The notes beneath the pieces were generated by a model. That model saw only the letters and a list, made by a program, of their open reading frames with translations. It did not search any database and was not told the origin of the DNA. The translations under genes and the position numbers were made by a program. This document shows positions 29,615 through 38,536 of a stretch of 63,934 bases of DNA, in pieces (the first letter of the stretch is position 1; each line of letters starts with the position of its first letter). The stretch covers positions 1 through 63,934 of the IMG/VR virus record IMGVR_UViG_3300034954_002602. The stretch is one strand, 5' to 3'. The DNA comes from a virus. Lineage: Duplodnaviria > Caudoviricetes.

Positions 29615-30892
29615 ATGACAGTAAACAAGGGATTATTATCACTAGTAGAGAACACACCAAACTTTTCAGACCAAGCATTGGAAAATGCAATCAATGAGAT
29701 CAAAGCAATAGACAAGGATGATGGACACCAATTCATTTTATCTCAATTCTTATTAGACACAGCAATACACGATAACACAGTTTTGACCACGTCACAGAAA
29801 AATGATGTGCTAGATGCAATCTACAATGCCCAGCCTCATTTGCAGATTGGACGTTATCTCAATGACGTTGTAAGACACACAAAGTCAATAATCGATGGAT
29901 CTATTATACCTGTTGACGAACTGACCAATCCAATACAAAGAACCTTTCTGGAAATTATGCAGGACGTTCTCAGCCTACAATCGTTGGTGCCAGAACTTTA
30001 CGGAGTTGCGGCTTCTGAAAAGAAAAGATCTGTGAACGATCACTTGGGCACTTTGAATAATATTTTCGTTAGCACAACCGACAGCACTGCACCTGTGTTC
30101 ACAAGGTTGAAAGAGATAATGGAATTGATTGATGCAACATCAAGGGCAAACACGGTTAGTGGTTTGAATCTCGCCATCACAAACGCGGCCGCGGGCAATT
30201 TAAACTTGCGGACTTTCCTGGCCGGTCTCGTAGCCGACTCTACGGACTTCCAGCAATCCTTAGACAATATGGTGAACCTCTGTACTAACAAGTATGCAAC
30301 CCTCAACACTCGCATATCAGAAATACCAGGAGACCCAACCACTGACTTGGTAGCAATAAGAGAGGAAATCAATACACAGGTGGCATTAGAAAACAGCAAC
30401 CTCTTGGGTATGGACACCTACGTTGAAACCCTAACAAACCAAATTGCATACACATCATTGGCCAGCGATGCTGATCTAAGATCTGTATTGGTGAACACTG
30501 CACAGGATCTAAACTGGCAGTCGTACTTCAGAGACTACGAGACCAACCAATCTAACCTCAACCCTCTTTACACTACAGACACCGACTCTGACAAGAGTGG
30601 CGTCATTGATCAGGTTCTTGCAGACAGTGGACTACCTGATGTCACAGATGCAACTGACCTAGAAGCAGTTGCTGAAAAGGCCAAACGTGACAGCAGGATT
30701 GATACTGCTAACTTTGATCGTTACACAGTGGAAACACAAATAACAAAAAGTTGTGAACAGTTGGGCATAACCACAGCCAACAGAACTATAAGTGCTCTGA
30801 GCAATAGTCTATTGAACAATATGAATAAGTTTGACAGGGATGAAATTGCTAGGAGTCTAGATCTCAACGAGGACGCAGAGACTCTAAGTTAA
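29615..30892 (+). CDS. hypothetical protein (probable virion/baseplate)
   Basis: 425-aa ORF following PAAR gene. Confidence 0.6.
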   Translation: MTVNKGLLSLVENTPNFSDQALENAINEIKAIDKDDGHQFILSQFLLDTAIHDNTVLTTSQKNDVLDAIYNAQPHLQIGRYLNDVVRHTKSIIDGSIIPVDELTNPIQRTFLEIMQDVLSLQSLVPELYGVAASEKKRSVNDHLGTLNNIFVSTTDSTAPVFTRLKEIMELIDATSRANTVSGLNLAITNAAAGNLNLRTFLAGLVADSTDFQQSLDNMVNLCTNKYATLNTRISEIPGDPTTDLVAIREEINTQVALENSNLLGMDTYVETLTNQIAYTSLASDADLRSVLVNTAQDLNWQSYFRDYETNQSNLNPLYTTDTDSDKSGVIDQVLADSGLPDVTDATDLEAVAEKAKRDSRIDTANFDRYTVETQITKSCEQLGITTANRTISALSNSLLNNMNKFDRDEIARSLDLNEDAETLS

Positions 30893-31104
30893 GAATCTTC
30901 TTTCATTTCGTTACAACCTACTTCAATGCTTTCATAATCTTGTCCATAATAGGCAAAAACATCTGTCATTCCGTAGAAACGAGCGGCCGCATCTGACTCA
31001 CACTTGGCCAATTCTTGATATATTTTTCCTGTGCTGTCGTCATAATCGGTGCACTTCATCTCACCATTTACTAGGACACACATCACCATAAAAAGTTTGT
31101 ACAT
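30889..31104 (-). CDS. small Cys-containing hypothetical protein
   Basis: Start trimmed to MYKLFMVMC; architecture resembles 32231..32443. Confidence 0.6.
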   Translation of the reverse strand: MYKLFMVMCVLVNGEMKCTDYDDSTGKIYQELAKCESDAAARFYGMTDVFAYYGQDYESIEVGCNEMKEDS

Positions 31105-31115
31105 ACAAATAGTTA

Positions 31116-31397
31116 TGGCCCGTTCTGTTGCAAGGTGGGCCAAACCCCTGAGAATATTGGTTATTACGCCGCTAATCTCAATGCAGGCATACCGACTGTT
31201 AGGTCAGCAAACCCTAATGCTCTTTTGTTTGCATTTAAAAACTGGACGTATTCCTCGTGCCTACAGGGAGTTCTCGTAAAAAGTTTCAACGTGAATCGAT
31301 CCTAATTCCACCCCTCAAGTTTCATCGCTCAAATGGTGGAGTGGCTGGGAATTGCACCCAGGTCTTCACCGCCTATTGATTTCTAGTCAACAAACTC
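31116..31397 (-). ncRNA. ssrA: two-piece (circularly permuted) tmRNA; tag ANKRALGFADLTVGMPALRLAA
   Basis: Acceptor piece ends CTGGG-TGCAATT-CCCAG-CCACTCC-A-CCA (31334); 19-nt spacer; coding piece starts GGGGTGG..GGATCGA (31314); G3-U70 pair; tag ORF 31232-31164; outer ends approximate. Confidence 0.93.
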
Positions 31398-31404
31398 AAA
31401 TATA

Positions 31405-31433
31405 ATTATACCCTAAGGTTGACTGTTTGTCAA
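31405..31433 (-). promoter_or_regulatory. sigma70 promoter of tmRNA
   Basis: TTGACA-17-TATAAT; overlaps a divergent TTGACT-17-TAAATT promoter. Confidence 0.85.
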
Positions 31434-31454
31434 TTCTGTGCTAAATTAGTTTAT

Positions 31455-31658
31455 ATGCCAAAAAATAGAATATTCAAAATCACAGACGGAACAGAGACAA
31501 AGGAAGTTGAAGCACTCTCTTTCAAGAAGGCCGTGAAATCATTTCAGGGCAGTTCTAAAGCGAAGATGATAACTATCGAGTGGATGACGAAGGGTGGAGA
31601 ACTTTTCGTCAAAGATCAACCGATACCACTAGGTAGAAAGAAAAAGATAGGACGTTAG
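31455..31658 (+). CDS. hypothetical protein
   Basis: Start MPKNRI just after divergent promoter. Confidence 0.65.
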   Translation: MPKNRIFKITDGTETKEVEALSFKKAVKSFQGSSKAKMITIEWMTKGGELFVKDQPIPLGRKKKIGR

Positions 31659-31671
31659 ACAAGAAGTGAGA

Positions 31672-31833
31672 GTGAGCCACAACCCATTAGTTAAATTACT
31701 GGTCAAACTAAGAATGGCCTGGGCAGATGCACGGGGACATCACGGCAAAGTCTGGGACTATGAGCCTGGTGAGTACTATATGGGCCGACACGCAGGACAC
31801 CGTAAACACGAGAAAAGACACAAGATAAAATGA
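31672..31833 (+). CDS. 53-aa His/Arg-rich peptide (..LVKLRMAWADARGHHGKVWDYEPGEYYMGRH..)
   Basis: Hand translation; GTG start; below ORF cutoff. Confidence 0.55.
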   Translation: MSHNPLVKLLVKLRMAWADARGHHGKVWDYEPGEYYMGRHAGHRKHEKRHKIK

Positions 31834-31904
31834 CGAAACTGATGTGGACTATTTTCGCTGTGTACACATCAATATTCCTTTTTGGTTGCTACCATCTACT
31901 TTAA
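31830..31904 (+). CDS. 24-aa hydrophobic peptide
   Basis: ATGA overlap with previous stop; MTKLMWTIFAVYTSIFLFGCYHLL. Confidence 0.35.
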   Translation: MTKLMWTIFAVYTSIFLFGCYHLL

Positions 31905-31946
31905 TCATACCACATAACTTACACACATTAACACCTAAATATTAGT

Positions 31947-32222
31947 GTGCCGAAGCCAAAGAAGCGGACCTCTTATTGGTCAAAGATCAGGAAGAAGGCG
32001 CCAAAGGTTCCAGACATCACCTGTCCAGATATAGATGCTATACTGAACAGGTTGGAGAAATTGGTGGACAAGAGTCTTACGAAAGCACAGTACAAGATAA
32101 TCGAACGCAAGATGGAGAAACTTCGTATTGCAAACGAGAAACTTCGTGAGTCTGGCGTGTACTGGCACAAGGCCTGTAGGGAGACCGTGAGGGACCTCCT
32201 GGGTAAAGCAAAAATGAGGTAA
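31947..32222 (+). CDS. basic hypothetical protein
   Basis: GTG 5 nt after TAAATA. Confidence 0.65.
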   Translation: MPKPKKRTSYWSKIRKKAPKVPDITCPDIDAILNRLEKLVDKSLTKAQYKIIERKMEKLRIANEKLRESGVYWHKACRETVRDLLGKAKMR

Positions 32223-32230
32223 TTAATAAT

Positions 32231-32443
32231 ATGTGGAAAGTACTGGTAGCGATATGTTTAATAAACCAACCCTGCACCCTGTTCGAGGAAGACCCCATCA
32301 AATACTATCACACCGAATCAGAATGCATCAAAGCCGCGGAGGCCAAATCCAGATCAATGGTGCAAACCTTCAAGGATTATGGCTATTACATAGACAGTGA
32401 AGCACACTCTTGTCAGTTTATTGTGTTGAAAAACGAAGCATAG
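32231..32443 (+). CDS. small Cys-containing hypothetical protein
   Basis: ATG 5 nt after TAATTA. Confidence 0.65.
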   Translation: MWKVLVAICLINQPCTLFEEDPIKYYHTESECIKAAEAKSRSMVQTFKDYGYYIDSEAHSCQFIVLKNEA

Positions 32444-32444
32444 G

Positions 32445-32472
32445 TTGACAGATCTCAAAGATATGCTATAAT
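32445..32472 (+). promoter_or_regulatory. sigma70-type promoter
   Basis: TTGACA-16-TATAAT with TG extension. Confidence 0.75.
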
Positions 32473-32545
32473 GAAACTGTAATTAGGGTTAATCCTATTG
32501 TAGGAATTCTGCCCTCTTTTACACTCATTAACCATAGGAGATCAT

Positions 32546-33622
32546 ATGAGCAAGGTAAAAATGCTTCTAGACGTCGTCGCAGAAGTCAAGAAAGAAGCAC
32601 CAGAAGATGTTCCAAACTGGAACGCCAAACTAGCAGAAGCAAAAGTAAATCTACAGAATCAAATCGCGAAAGGCAGGCTGTTGCCCAAGGGTGTTGAAGA
32701 TCATCCACTTGAACATTTCGCATTCAATTATTCCGTACAACGTGATGTGAGGGCAGGACACGTTATGAACATCATGAAGAAGTTCGATCCAAGGGTTTGT
32801 TGTCCTGTGTCAGCAGTAAAACGTTCAGACGGTGATACACTATACATATTCGATGGGCAACACAGAGCAGTGGCCCTGGCACTGTTGGGTTGGACAAAGA
32901 TCCCAGTAACAATAGTAGAAACAGATGAACCGGCCTTTGACGCAGAAGCATTTGAGATTGTTAATGACTCAGGCATATTGAGAGCAGGCACAGAAGAGAT
33001 CCACAGATGTCTATTACACAGATATAAAATGGGCGAAACAGAAACAGAAAGGGTTGCTACAGCACACGCGGTGCAGAGAGTGTTTGACGAGTGTGAGATT
33101 GATCTAGAGCCAAAACGTGTCAGGAAGAGCCCGGGCAAGTGTGGACCTAACAAACATTACTTCTCACATTTTGATTATGCATACAAAGGCATCAAGATGG
33201 CGGGTGAACACGGACTCAAGAACGCATTAGAGGCCATCAAGGCCATATACGGTGATGAGGAAGGTGGTGAGATCAATCAGGGTCTTTTCATAGGACTTAT
33301 GAAGCAGTACCAAATGGGTGCTGAGGCCAAGAGGTTAAACAGGCTTCCAGGAGACTGGATGTTCAAGATGGTTGAAGCAGTGAAGAAGGTATGCCCAAGT
33401 GGTGTGTTGGTACACACCGCAACCAAGAAACAATGGCAACACGCAAATGGTGTTGGGTGGGACGCACCGGTGGCAATGGCACATCTATTAAGAGAAGTGT
33501 ACTTGTTGGAAGATGGCACGTTCGAACCTAGTTATATGCCCAATGTTACATTGAAACTTGAGGACGGAGATATAGCCAAAGAATCAGAAGCACAAACGGC
33601 CTTCAACAAGTATGTCAAATAA
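32546..33622 (+). CDS. ParB/Srx-like DGQHR-motif protein
   Basis: VQR...YIFDGQHRAVA...IPV. Confidence 0.7.
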   Translation: MSKVKMLLDVVAEVKKEAPEDVPNWNAKLAEAKVNLQNQIAKGRLLPKGVEDHPLEHFAFNYSVQRDVRAGHVMNIMKKFDPRVCCPVSAVKRSDGDTLYIFDGQHRAVALALLGWTKIPVTIVETDEPAFDAEAFEIVNDSGILRAGTEEIHRCLLHRYKMGETETERVATAHAVQRVFDECEIDLEPKRVRKSPGKCGPNKHYFSHFDYAYKGIKMAGEHGLKNALEAIKAIYGDEEGGEINQGLFIGLMKQYQMGAEAKRLNRLPGDWMFKMVEAVKKVCPSGVLVHTATKKQWQHANGVGWDAPVAMAHLLREVYLLEDGTFEPSYMPNVTLKLEDGDIAKESEAQTAFNKYVK

Positions 33623-33803
33623 ACTTTGTTATTACAGGTGTTTCGTTACCAAGGCGGGCAAGACTGAGGAGTATGGTTATGGTCTGCCTTGGAAGGACGT
33701 GCAAGAAGAAGTTGACAAACACTACAATGAAGGCGCCGAAGCAGTGGAACTTGAGATGATCACAGAAGAGGAATTCAATGATAGATTACCAAAACCTTAC
33801 TAA
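33612..33803 (+). CDS. small acidic hypothetical protein
   Basis: Overlaps both neighbours. Confidence 0.6.
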   Translation: MSNKLCYYRCFVTKAGKTEEYGYGLPWKDVQEEVDKHYNEGAEAVELEMITEEEFNDRLPKPY

Positions 33804-34311
33804 CCTACCTGACATCAATTTCAAGAGCAAGGGTAGACCAGAACTAAAGGAGTTGGCTGACTACATTGACAGGATGAAGTCAGACCTGTTCAATGATAGG
33901 TGGAGCCAGGTCACAAAGAAACACATCAAGACTTCGCTGGTGTTGTACATAAGATCAATGCAGAAACAGTTGGCACCAATGGGATATCACTACAGGGCAC
34001 AGGACATAGTAGGTAAACAACACCTTGAACACGTGATACCTCAGAACAAGATAATAACGGCATATCTGCACGACAAGATACCAGCGGAACTTATATTACA
34101 GATGCCATTGTGTATGATCGATGACGCAGACAAGCACATACTAGAAGGAGACTGGCAGACAGCAGGTAACTGGCAGTATCCATTCCGTAGATACCAATTG
34201 GCTGGCTTCACTAAAACCATAAAAGATGTGCGTGGAAACGTGGTAGATCTTGACAACTACACACTAGATGATCACTTCGCTATGTTGGGCGTGGTTGACA
34301 ATTCAAAGTAA
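33778..34311 (+). CDS. hypothetical protein with EHxxP His-Me-nuclease-like motif
   Basis: HLEHVIPQ. Confidence 0.5.
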   Translation: MIDYQNLTNLPDINFKSKGRPELKELADYIDRMKSDLFNDRWSQVTKKHIKTSLVLYIRSMQKQLAPMGYHYRAQDIVGKQHLEHVIPQNKIITAYLHDKIPAELILQMPLCMIDDADKHILEGDWQTAGNWQYPFRRYQLAGFTKTIKDVRGNVVDLDNYTLDDHFAMLGVVDNSK

Positions 34312-34322
34312 AAGTGTATAAT
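34295..34322 (+). promoter_or_regulatory. sigma70-type promoter
   Basis: TTGACA-16-TATAAT. Confidence 0.8.
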
Positions 34323-34328
34323 TAGAAC

Positions 34329-34480
34329 AGCAAAACACCGGAGACGGTCGCGGCCAGTACTCACTTGCGAACATCATTTGGAGACACTCTATGTCGATGA
34401 TGGATTTTAAAAGCCGGAGGTGGGGTGACAGCCCTACGCCAAAGGCGAGGCTGGATAAGGCTGTCTTTGTGTGTGATGCT
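34329..34480 (+). ncRNA. candidate structured RNA, family unknown
   Basis: GC-rich intergenic; ends pair (AGCA/TGCT, ACAC/GTGT, AGACGGTC/GGCTGTCT, CCAGT/GCTGG); internal hairpins; begins at predicted TSS. Confidence 0.6.
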
Positions 34481-34488
34481 TAATCATT

Positions 34489-34998
34489 ATGCCAAGCGAA
34501 AAAACAAAAAAATTACTGGAAGGACTGGGCAAGATCACAGATTCTGCTCCAAAACCTTTCGCCGAACAGAAATATCATTCATACACAAATAGATTTTACA
34601 AGAACTTCATACACCAACTTCCAGCGATATACGACAAGGCCAAACCTAAAAAGGACGAGGACGGTGATGAGTACATAATGATTGATAGGGTGTATGGTTC
34701 ACTATACGAAGATCATCTACTACAAAAAGATGGCACAACCTACACAGGAAAACTTTACAAGAAGAGAAGATTGGTTGTCAGGAAGGATCCAATCACAGGT
34801 GAGAAGAAGAACTTCTATAGTCCTTGCACTTCAACAGCGGATGGCAGATGGTTTGACAACACAGGATTGCCTATCGAGGCACCAGACAAACTGGAACCAG
34901 AGAAGAAACCAGATCCAGAAGAAGTGGCTTTAGAGGCCAAAAGAAAAGCCGAGGCCGCAAAAGCCAAAGAAGCCGCCATACTTGCCAATCTGAAATAA
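34489..34998 (+). CDS. hypothetical protein
   Basis: 169-aa ORF. Confidence 0.65.
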   Translation: MPSEKTKKLLEGLGKITDSAPKPFAEQKYHSYTNRFYKNFIHQLPAIYDKAKPKKDEDGDEYIMIDRVYGSLYEDHLLQKDGTTYTGKLYKKRRLVVRKDPITGEKKNFYSPCTSTADGRWFDNTGLPIEAPDKLEPEKKPDPEEVALEAKRKAEAAKAKEAAILANLK

Positions 34999-35134
34999 AT
35001 AATTCCGTAACGCCACTGTCCAAGTGACGTCGGAAATAAAAGGACGCTTGAGTAAGCACTCTTTACTGGAAACAGAACGCCCTTCCGTATGCAAGATCCT
35101 TGCTAACTTTTACAAAAAACATTTATAATTGAGT

Positions 35135-36214
35135 ATGATAGAAATTCTACGTTCTAGTAATGAGCCTATGAAAATCGTTGACTGGATCAACGACTTCGGA
35201 CTGAACACACCAACCTATTTGGTGAAAGGCAAACCGTTCTATAACAGATATGATGCTATTGAAAGTTGTGTAACCGAGGGTGTTGAGTGGCCAGACTTCC
35301 GTGTATGGCAACAGTCATACAAGATGGCCGAACCAGAAGAATCATTCTTTGATCTGTGTAAGAAACAAGCACAGGCCATTAGCAAACGTTTCAAGAGAGT
35401 TAGATTGTGGTATAGTGGTGGTTACGACAGCCATACTATGTTGAAGGCTTTTTTTGAGTCTGGCCTAGATGTTGACGAGATCTGCACCTGGAGACGATTC
35501 CCTGGAGTGTTCGATAGTTTCACAAACATTGAATCTGAATACATTGGCACATTCGATGACCTACAGCACTATTGCGAACAGCACAACAGTAAGGCAAGAA
35601 TTAGGGTATGTGATGTGACCCCCGACCATTTCAGATGGTACTGTAAAAACTTTATTCATTATAATAAACACAAGACACTCGCACAGGTATTGAACGCACA
35701 GCATCATCACGTTATGGAATGCTATCCAGAGCTCATAGACAAAGAAACTATCAATGTTTCCGGAGCAGGAGATGTTGCATTAGAAGATGATGGTTTTAGG
35801 TTTTATGATGGTTTCAATTACTCCCACTCGGCTCCAAACACTTTATTTTTCTATTATGACGAGTCGATGCCTGAACTCACGTTCAAGTATGCTTATCATA
35901 TGAGAAACTATGAATACCCTGACCAGAAGAACATGGCAAAGAAGGATCTAGGGTTCACTGCCCTAAACCCAATGCTGGCCAAAAAGTTTTCTGAGGGAGT
36001 TGATGAGGTAACTGGTGGTAAAACTATTTCTTTCTGTAGGAAATCTGCACTGTTGATCAACAATGCAATAGGAACTACACACGGAAAAAGGATCCTGATC
36101 CAGTATAAAAAATTCAGGAAGAAATATGAAAAGGAAAGGAAAAAATTTTTAAATCAAGGTAAGTGCTCTAACGGATGGGTAGGTGCTCTCAGTGAGAAGC
36201 ATTATTTTATCTAG
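35135..36214 (+). CDS. PP-loop (adenine nucleotide alpha-hydrolase-like) protein
   Basis: LWYSGGYDSHTML. Confidence 0.65.
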   Translation: MIEILRSSNEPMKIVDWINDFGLNTPTYLVKGKPFYNRYDAIESCVTEGVEWPDFRVWQQSYKMAEPEESFFDLCKKQAQAISKRFKRVRLWYSGGYDSHTMLKAFFESGLDVDEICTWRRFPGVFDSFTNIESEYIGTFDDLQHYCEQHNSKARIRVCDVTPDHFRWYCKNFIHYNKHKTLAQVLNAQHHHVMECYPELIDKETINVSGAGDVALEDDGFRFYDGFNYSHSAPNTLFFYYDESMPELTFKYAYHMRNYEYPDQKNMAKKDLGFTALNPMLAKKFSEGVDEVTGGKTISFCRKSALLINNAIGTTHGKRILIQYKKFRKKYEKERKKFLNQGKCSNGWVGALSEKHYFI

Positions 36215-36221
36215 CACGTAC

Positions 36222-36250
36222 TTGACTTTGAAAAAACACAAACGTATAAT
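36222..36250 (+). promoter_or_regulatory. sigma70-type promoter
   Basis: TTGACT-17-TATAAT; AAGGAG SD downstream. Confidence 0.75.
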
Positions 36251-36278
36251 AACAAAAAACTAAAGGAGAAAAAGAAAA

Positions 36279-37133
36279 ATGAGAACTATTTTAATATCAT
36301 TTATTACGTTTATTTGTATGTTGGCACACACTGCCAGTGCATACGATCTGGTGCTGAATGCACCATTCAGTAAGGCCGGTAGTGGTCAATTGACGATGAG
36401 GACACTTGCAAAAGGTTTAGAGGCGAAAGGATACAACTTTGATATAGTCATCACATCAAATGCAAAATTATCTAAACAAAACTACGCTGACGAAAACAAG
36501 CCATTACTTTTAGGTTGGGAAGCGCCTGCATCAAGCAAGGGGGCACCTTTGTATATGGGACCACCAACAGACAAGGATCTAGTTGCAATAGTTGTGACGA
36601 TGGGACATTTCATCTGCACAAAGAAAGACATTTCGATTGAAGATGTTTTCAATGGAAAAAAAGAACTGACTATTGCCCATGATGTTGCCTTTGGTAATTG
36701 GGTACAAGAGTTGGCAGATCACACTGGTGCCAAATTGAAGTTGATTCCATACAAAGGATCAAAAAAGGTTGAAAATGCTTTGGTATCAGGCGAGGTTGAC
36801 CTAGCAATGAGCACCAAGGGAGCAGGTTGGCAAAAGAAAGGTTTGGCTAACTGCTTATTAACATCTGGAACAGATAGTGTATTAGGTATCCAGACTGTGA
36901 ATAGTCTGTATCCTGATTGGAATGATAACACTCTGGTCTTGACTTTTTACATAAAATCTAAGAATATCCCACAAGATAAATTAGATCAATTAAGAAAAGA
37001 CATTGAGGAAGTGAAAAGGACGTCTGAGGAATTCGCGGCTTTGGTTGAGAAAAAATCGTGGACACCTGTCGTGGACAAAAGCATAGACGAACAACTATCA
37101 CTACTTCAAGCGATAGACAAGTCTATCAAATAG
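36279..37133 (+). CDS. TctC/Bug-like substrate-binding protein
   Basis: Signal peptide; PFSKAGS; IPYKGS...ALVSGEVD. Confidence 0.75.
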   Translation: MRTILISFITFICMLAHTASAYDLVLNAPFSKAGSGQLTMRTLAKGLEAKGYNFDIVITSNAKLSKQNYADENKPLLLGWEAPASSKGAPLYMGPPTDKDLVAIVVTMGHFICTKKDISIEDVFNGKKELTIAHDVAFGNWVQELADHTGAKLKLIPYKGSKKVENALVSGEVDLAMSTKGAGWQKKGLANCLLTSGTDSVLGIQTVNSLYPDWNDNTLVLTFYIKSKNIPQDKLDQLRKDIEEVKRTSEEFAALVEKKSWTPVVDKSIDEQLSLLQAIDKSIK

Positions 37134-37157
37134 TCACTCCTTGGCGACAAGAATGGT

Positions 37158-38456
37158 ATGCTAGACATATTTTTATTGTTGTCGTCTCCTTTCATAGGAA
37201 TCCTCGTTGGGTTCCTACCGGCGATGGGTGCATTCTTCACTTTGCTGTTGATGTACCCGTTGCTGATAGACATGGATCCTTTGTTGTTGATCCTATTTTA
37301 TTCAATCCTCATAAGTGCAAGAGACTTCAGCGGAAGCGTCAGTGCCTTGAATTTTGGAATACTGGGCGAGGTAACCAGCCTCCCGGTGTTGCAGGAGAGG
37401 AAAAAGATCATAGACAATCACAAACAAAAGGAAGCACTGCGAAACACAATGATAGGCAGTGTGTTCGGAATGGCAATGGGGTTGGCTTTCCTCTTACTGA
37501 TATTGGCAGGAATAGGTGACTACAGTGTGTTGTTACGAACAGATGTAATGGCAGTCTTGATTTGCCTTACTATAGTGTTCCTGGTGTTTTGGGACAAGAA
37601 CAAATGGTACATGAACCTTGTCATCGGGGCGTGTGGGTACCTCGTTGCTATGGTAGGGTTCGATCCATACATACAAAAAGAATACTTTACATTTGGCAAC
37701 GTATACCTGTCGGGTGGTGTTCCAACGATGCCTTTGCTCCTTGGACTTTACGGAGTGCCTGCTATGTTTGCCATTATAAGGCACACCAAACTTCAAAAAC
37801 CAAAGCCAATACACGACCAGGCCATGTCCAGGGTTCGTTTGCCTATCCTATTCAGGTCCAGCGTGATTGGTTCCTTGTGTGGATTCGTACCTTACATAGG
37901 TAGTGTGTTGAGCAGTAACATTGCCTATATGTTCGAGAAAAAAATAACAACAAACAATGTGAAGTCCGCACTAGACAGAATAGTGGCATCGGAAACAGCC
38001 AATAACGCCAGCCAGGTGACTGTGTTGATTCCATTCATCCTAATAGGAATCGCATTACAACCTTCCGAACTTTTAGTTTTAGATATGATAGAAAACAAAG
38101 GCTGGGAGATTAATTTTGAATCAGCGAAGCAAACTACTTTCTATCTTATAATAGCATTACCTATTGGATGTCTTGTATCTGCATTCTTGTGTTACAATAT
38201 GATCAGCCGGGTGTTGCATTTTTTCCAGTTGCATCATAAAAAAATTGTCTACTCTCTGTTGGCAATCATCATAGCAAATATTTTCTATCTTGGTTATGAC
38301 TCAAACCAGTCACTGTACTATATGCTGGTGTTCGCCACTGCGTTGCCAATTGGCTTTTATCTCAGAAAGCACTTTGATCTGATGCCTTTTATTATGTGTT
38401 TTTTGCTACAAAATCAGTTCCAAGAGACACTTATCAGGCTTCCCATACTGTATTAG
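37158..38456 (+). CDS. tctA: divergent TctA-like transporter subunit
   Basis: GFLPAMG, FSGSVSA..FGILGE, VG.DP...FTFG, SETANNA; multi-TM. Confidence 0.8.
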   Translation: MLDIFLLLSSPFIGILVGFLPAMGAFFTLLLMYPLLIDMDPLLLILFYSILISARDFSGSVSALNFGILGEVTSLPVLQERKKIIDNHKQKEALRNTMIGSVFGMAMGLAFLLLILAGIGDYSVLLRTDVMAVLICLTIVFLVFWDKNKWYMNLVIGACGYLVAMVGFDPYIQKEYFTFGNVYLSGGVPTMPLLLGLYGVPAMFAIIRHTKLQKPKPIHDQAMSRVRLPILFRSSVIGSLCGFVPYIGSVLSSNIAYMFEKKITTNNVKSALDRIVASETANNASQVTVLIPFILIGIALQPSELLVLDMIENKGWEINFESAKQTTFYLIIALPIGCLVSAFLCYNMISRVLHFFQLHHKKIVYSLLAIIIANIFYLGYDSNQSLYYMLVFATALPIGFYLRKHFDLMPFIMCFLLQNQFQETLIRLPILY

Positions 38457-38482
38457 CCAATAAAACCAATGGTTATACCAGG

Positions 38483-38510
38483 TTGACGTAATACCAAATC
38501 CTGTTATAAT
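38483..38510 (+). promoter_or_regulatory. sigma70-type promoter
   Basis: TTGACG-16-TATAAT with TG extension. Confidence 0.75.
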
Positions 38511-38536
38511 AATGGTAACAAAGAAGGAGAAAGACA

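Noticed and set aside
31049-31279. 76-aa + strand ORF and the N-terminal extension of 30889..31143
   Set aside because: They overlap the tmRNA coding piece; the tmRNA and a start at 31104 explain the sequence better
34329-34480. RNase P or SRP RNA identity for the structured RNA
   Set aside because: AGACGGTCGC resembles the RNase P 5' end, but GAGGAAAGTCC and the 3' conserved block are missing; the SRP domain IV motif is absent
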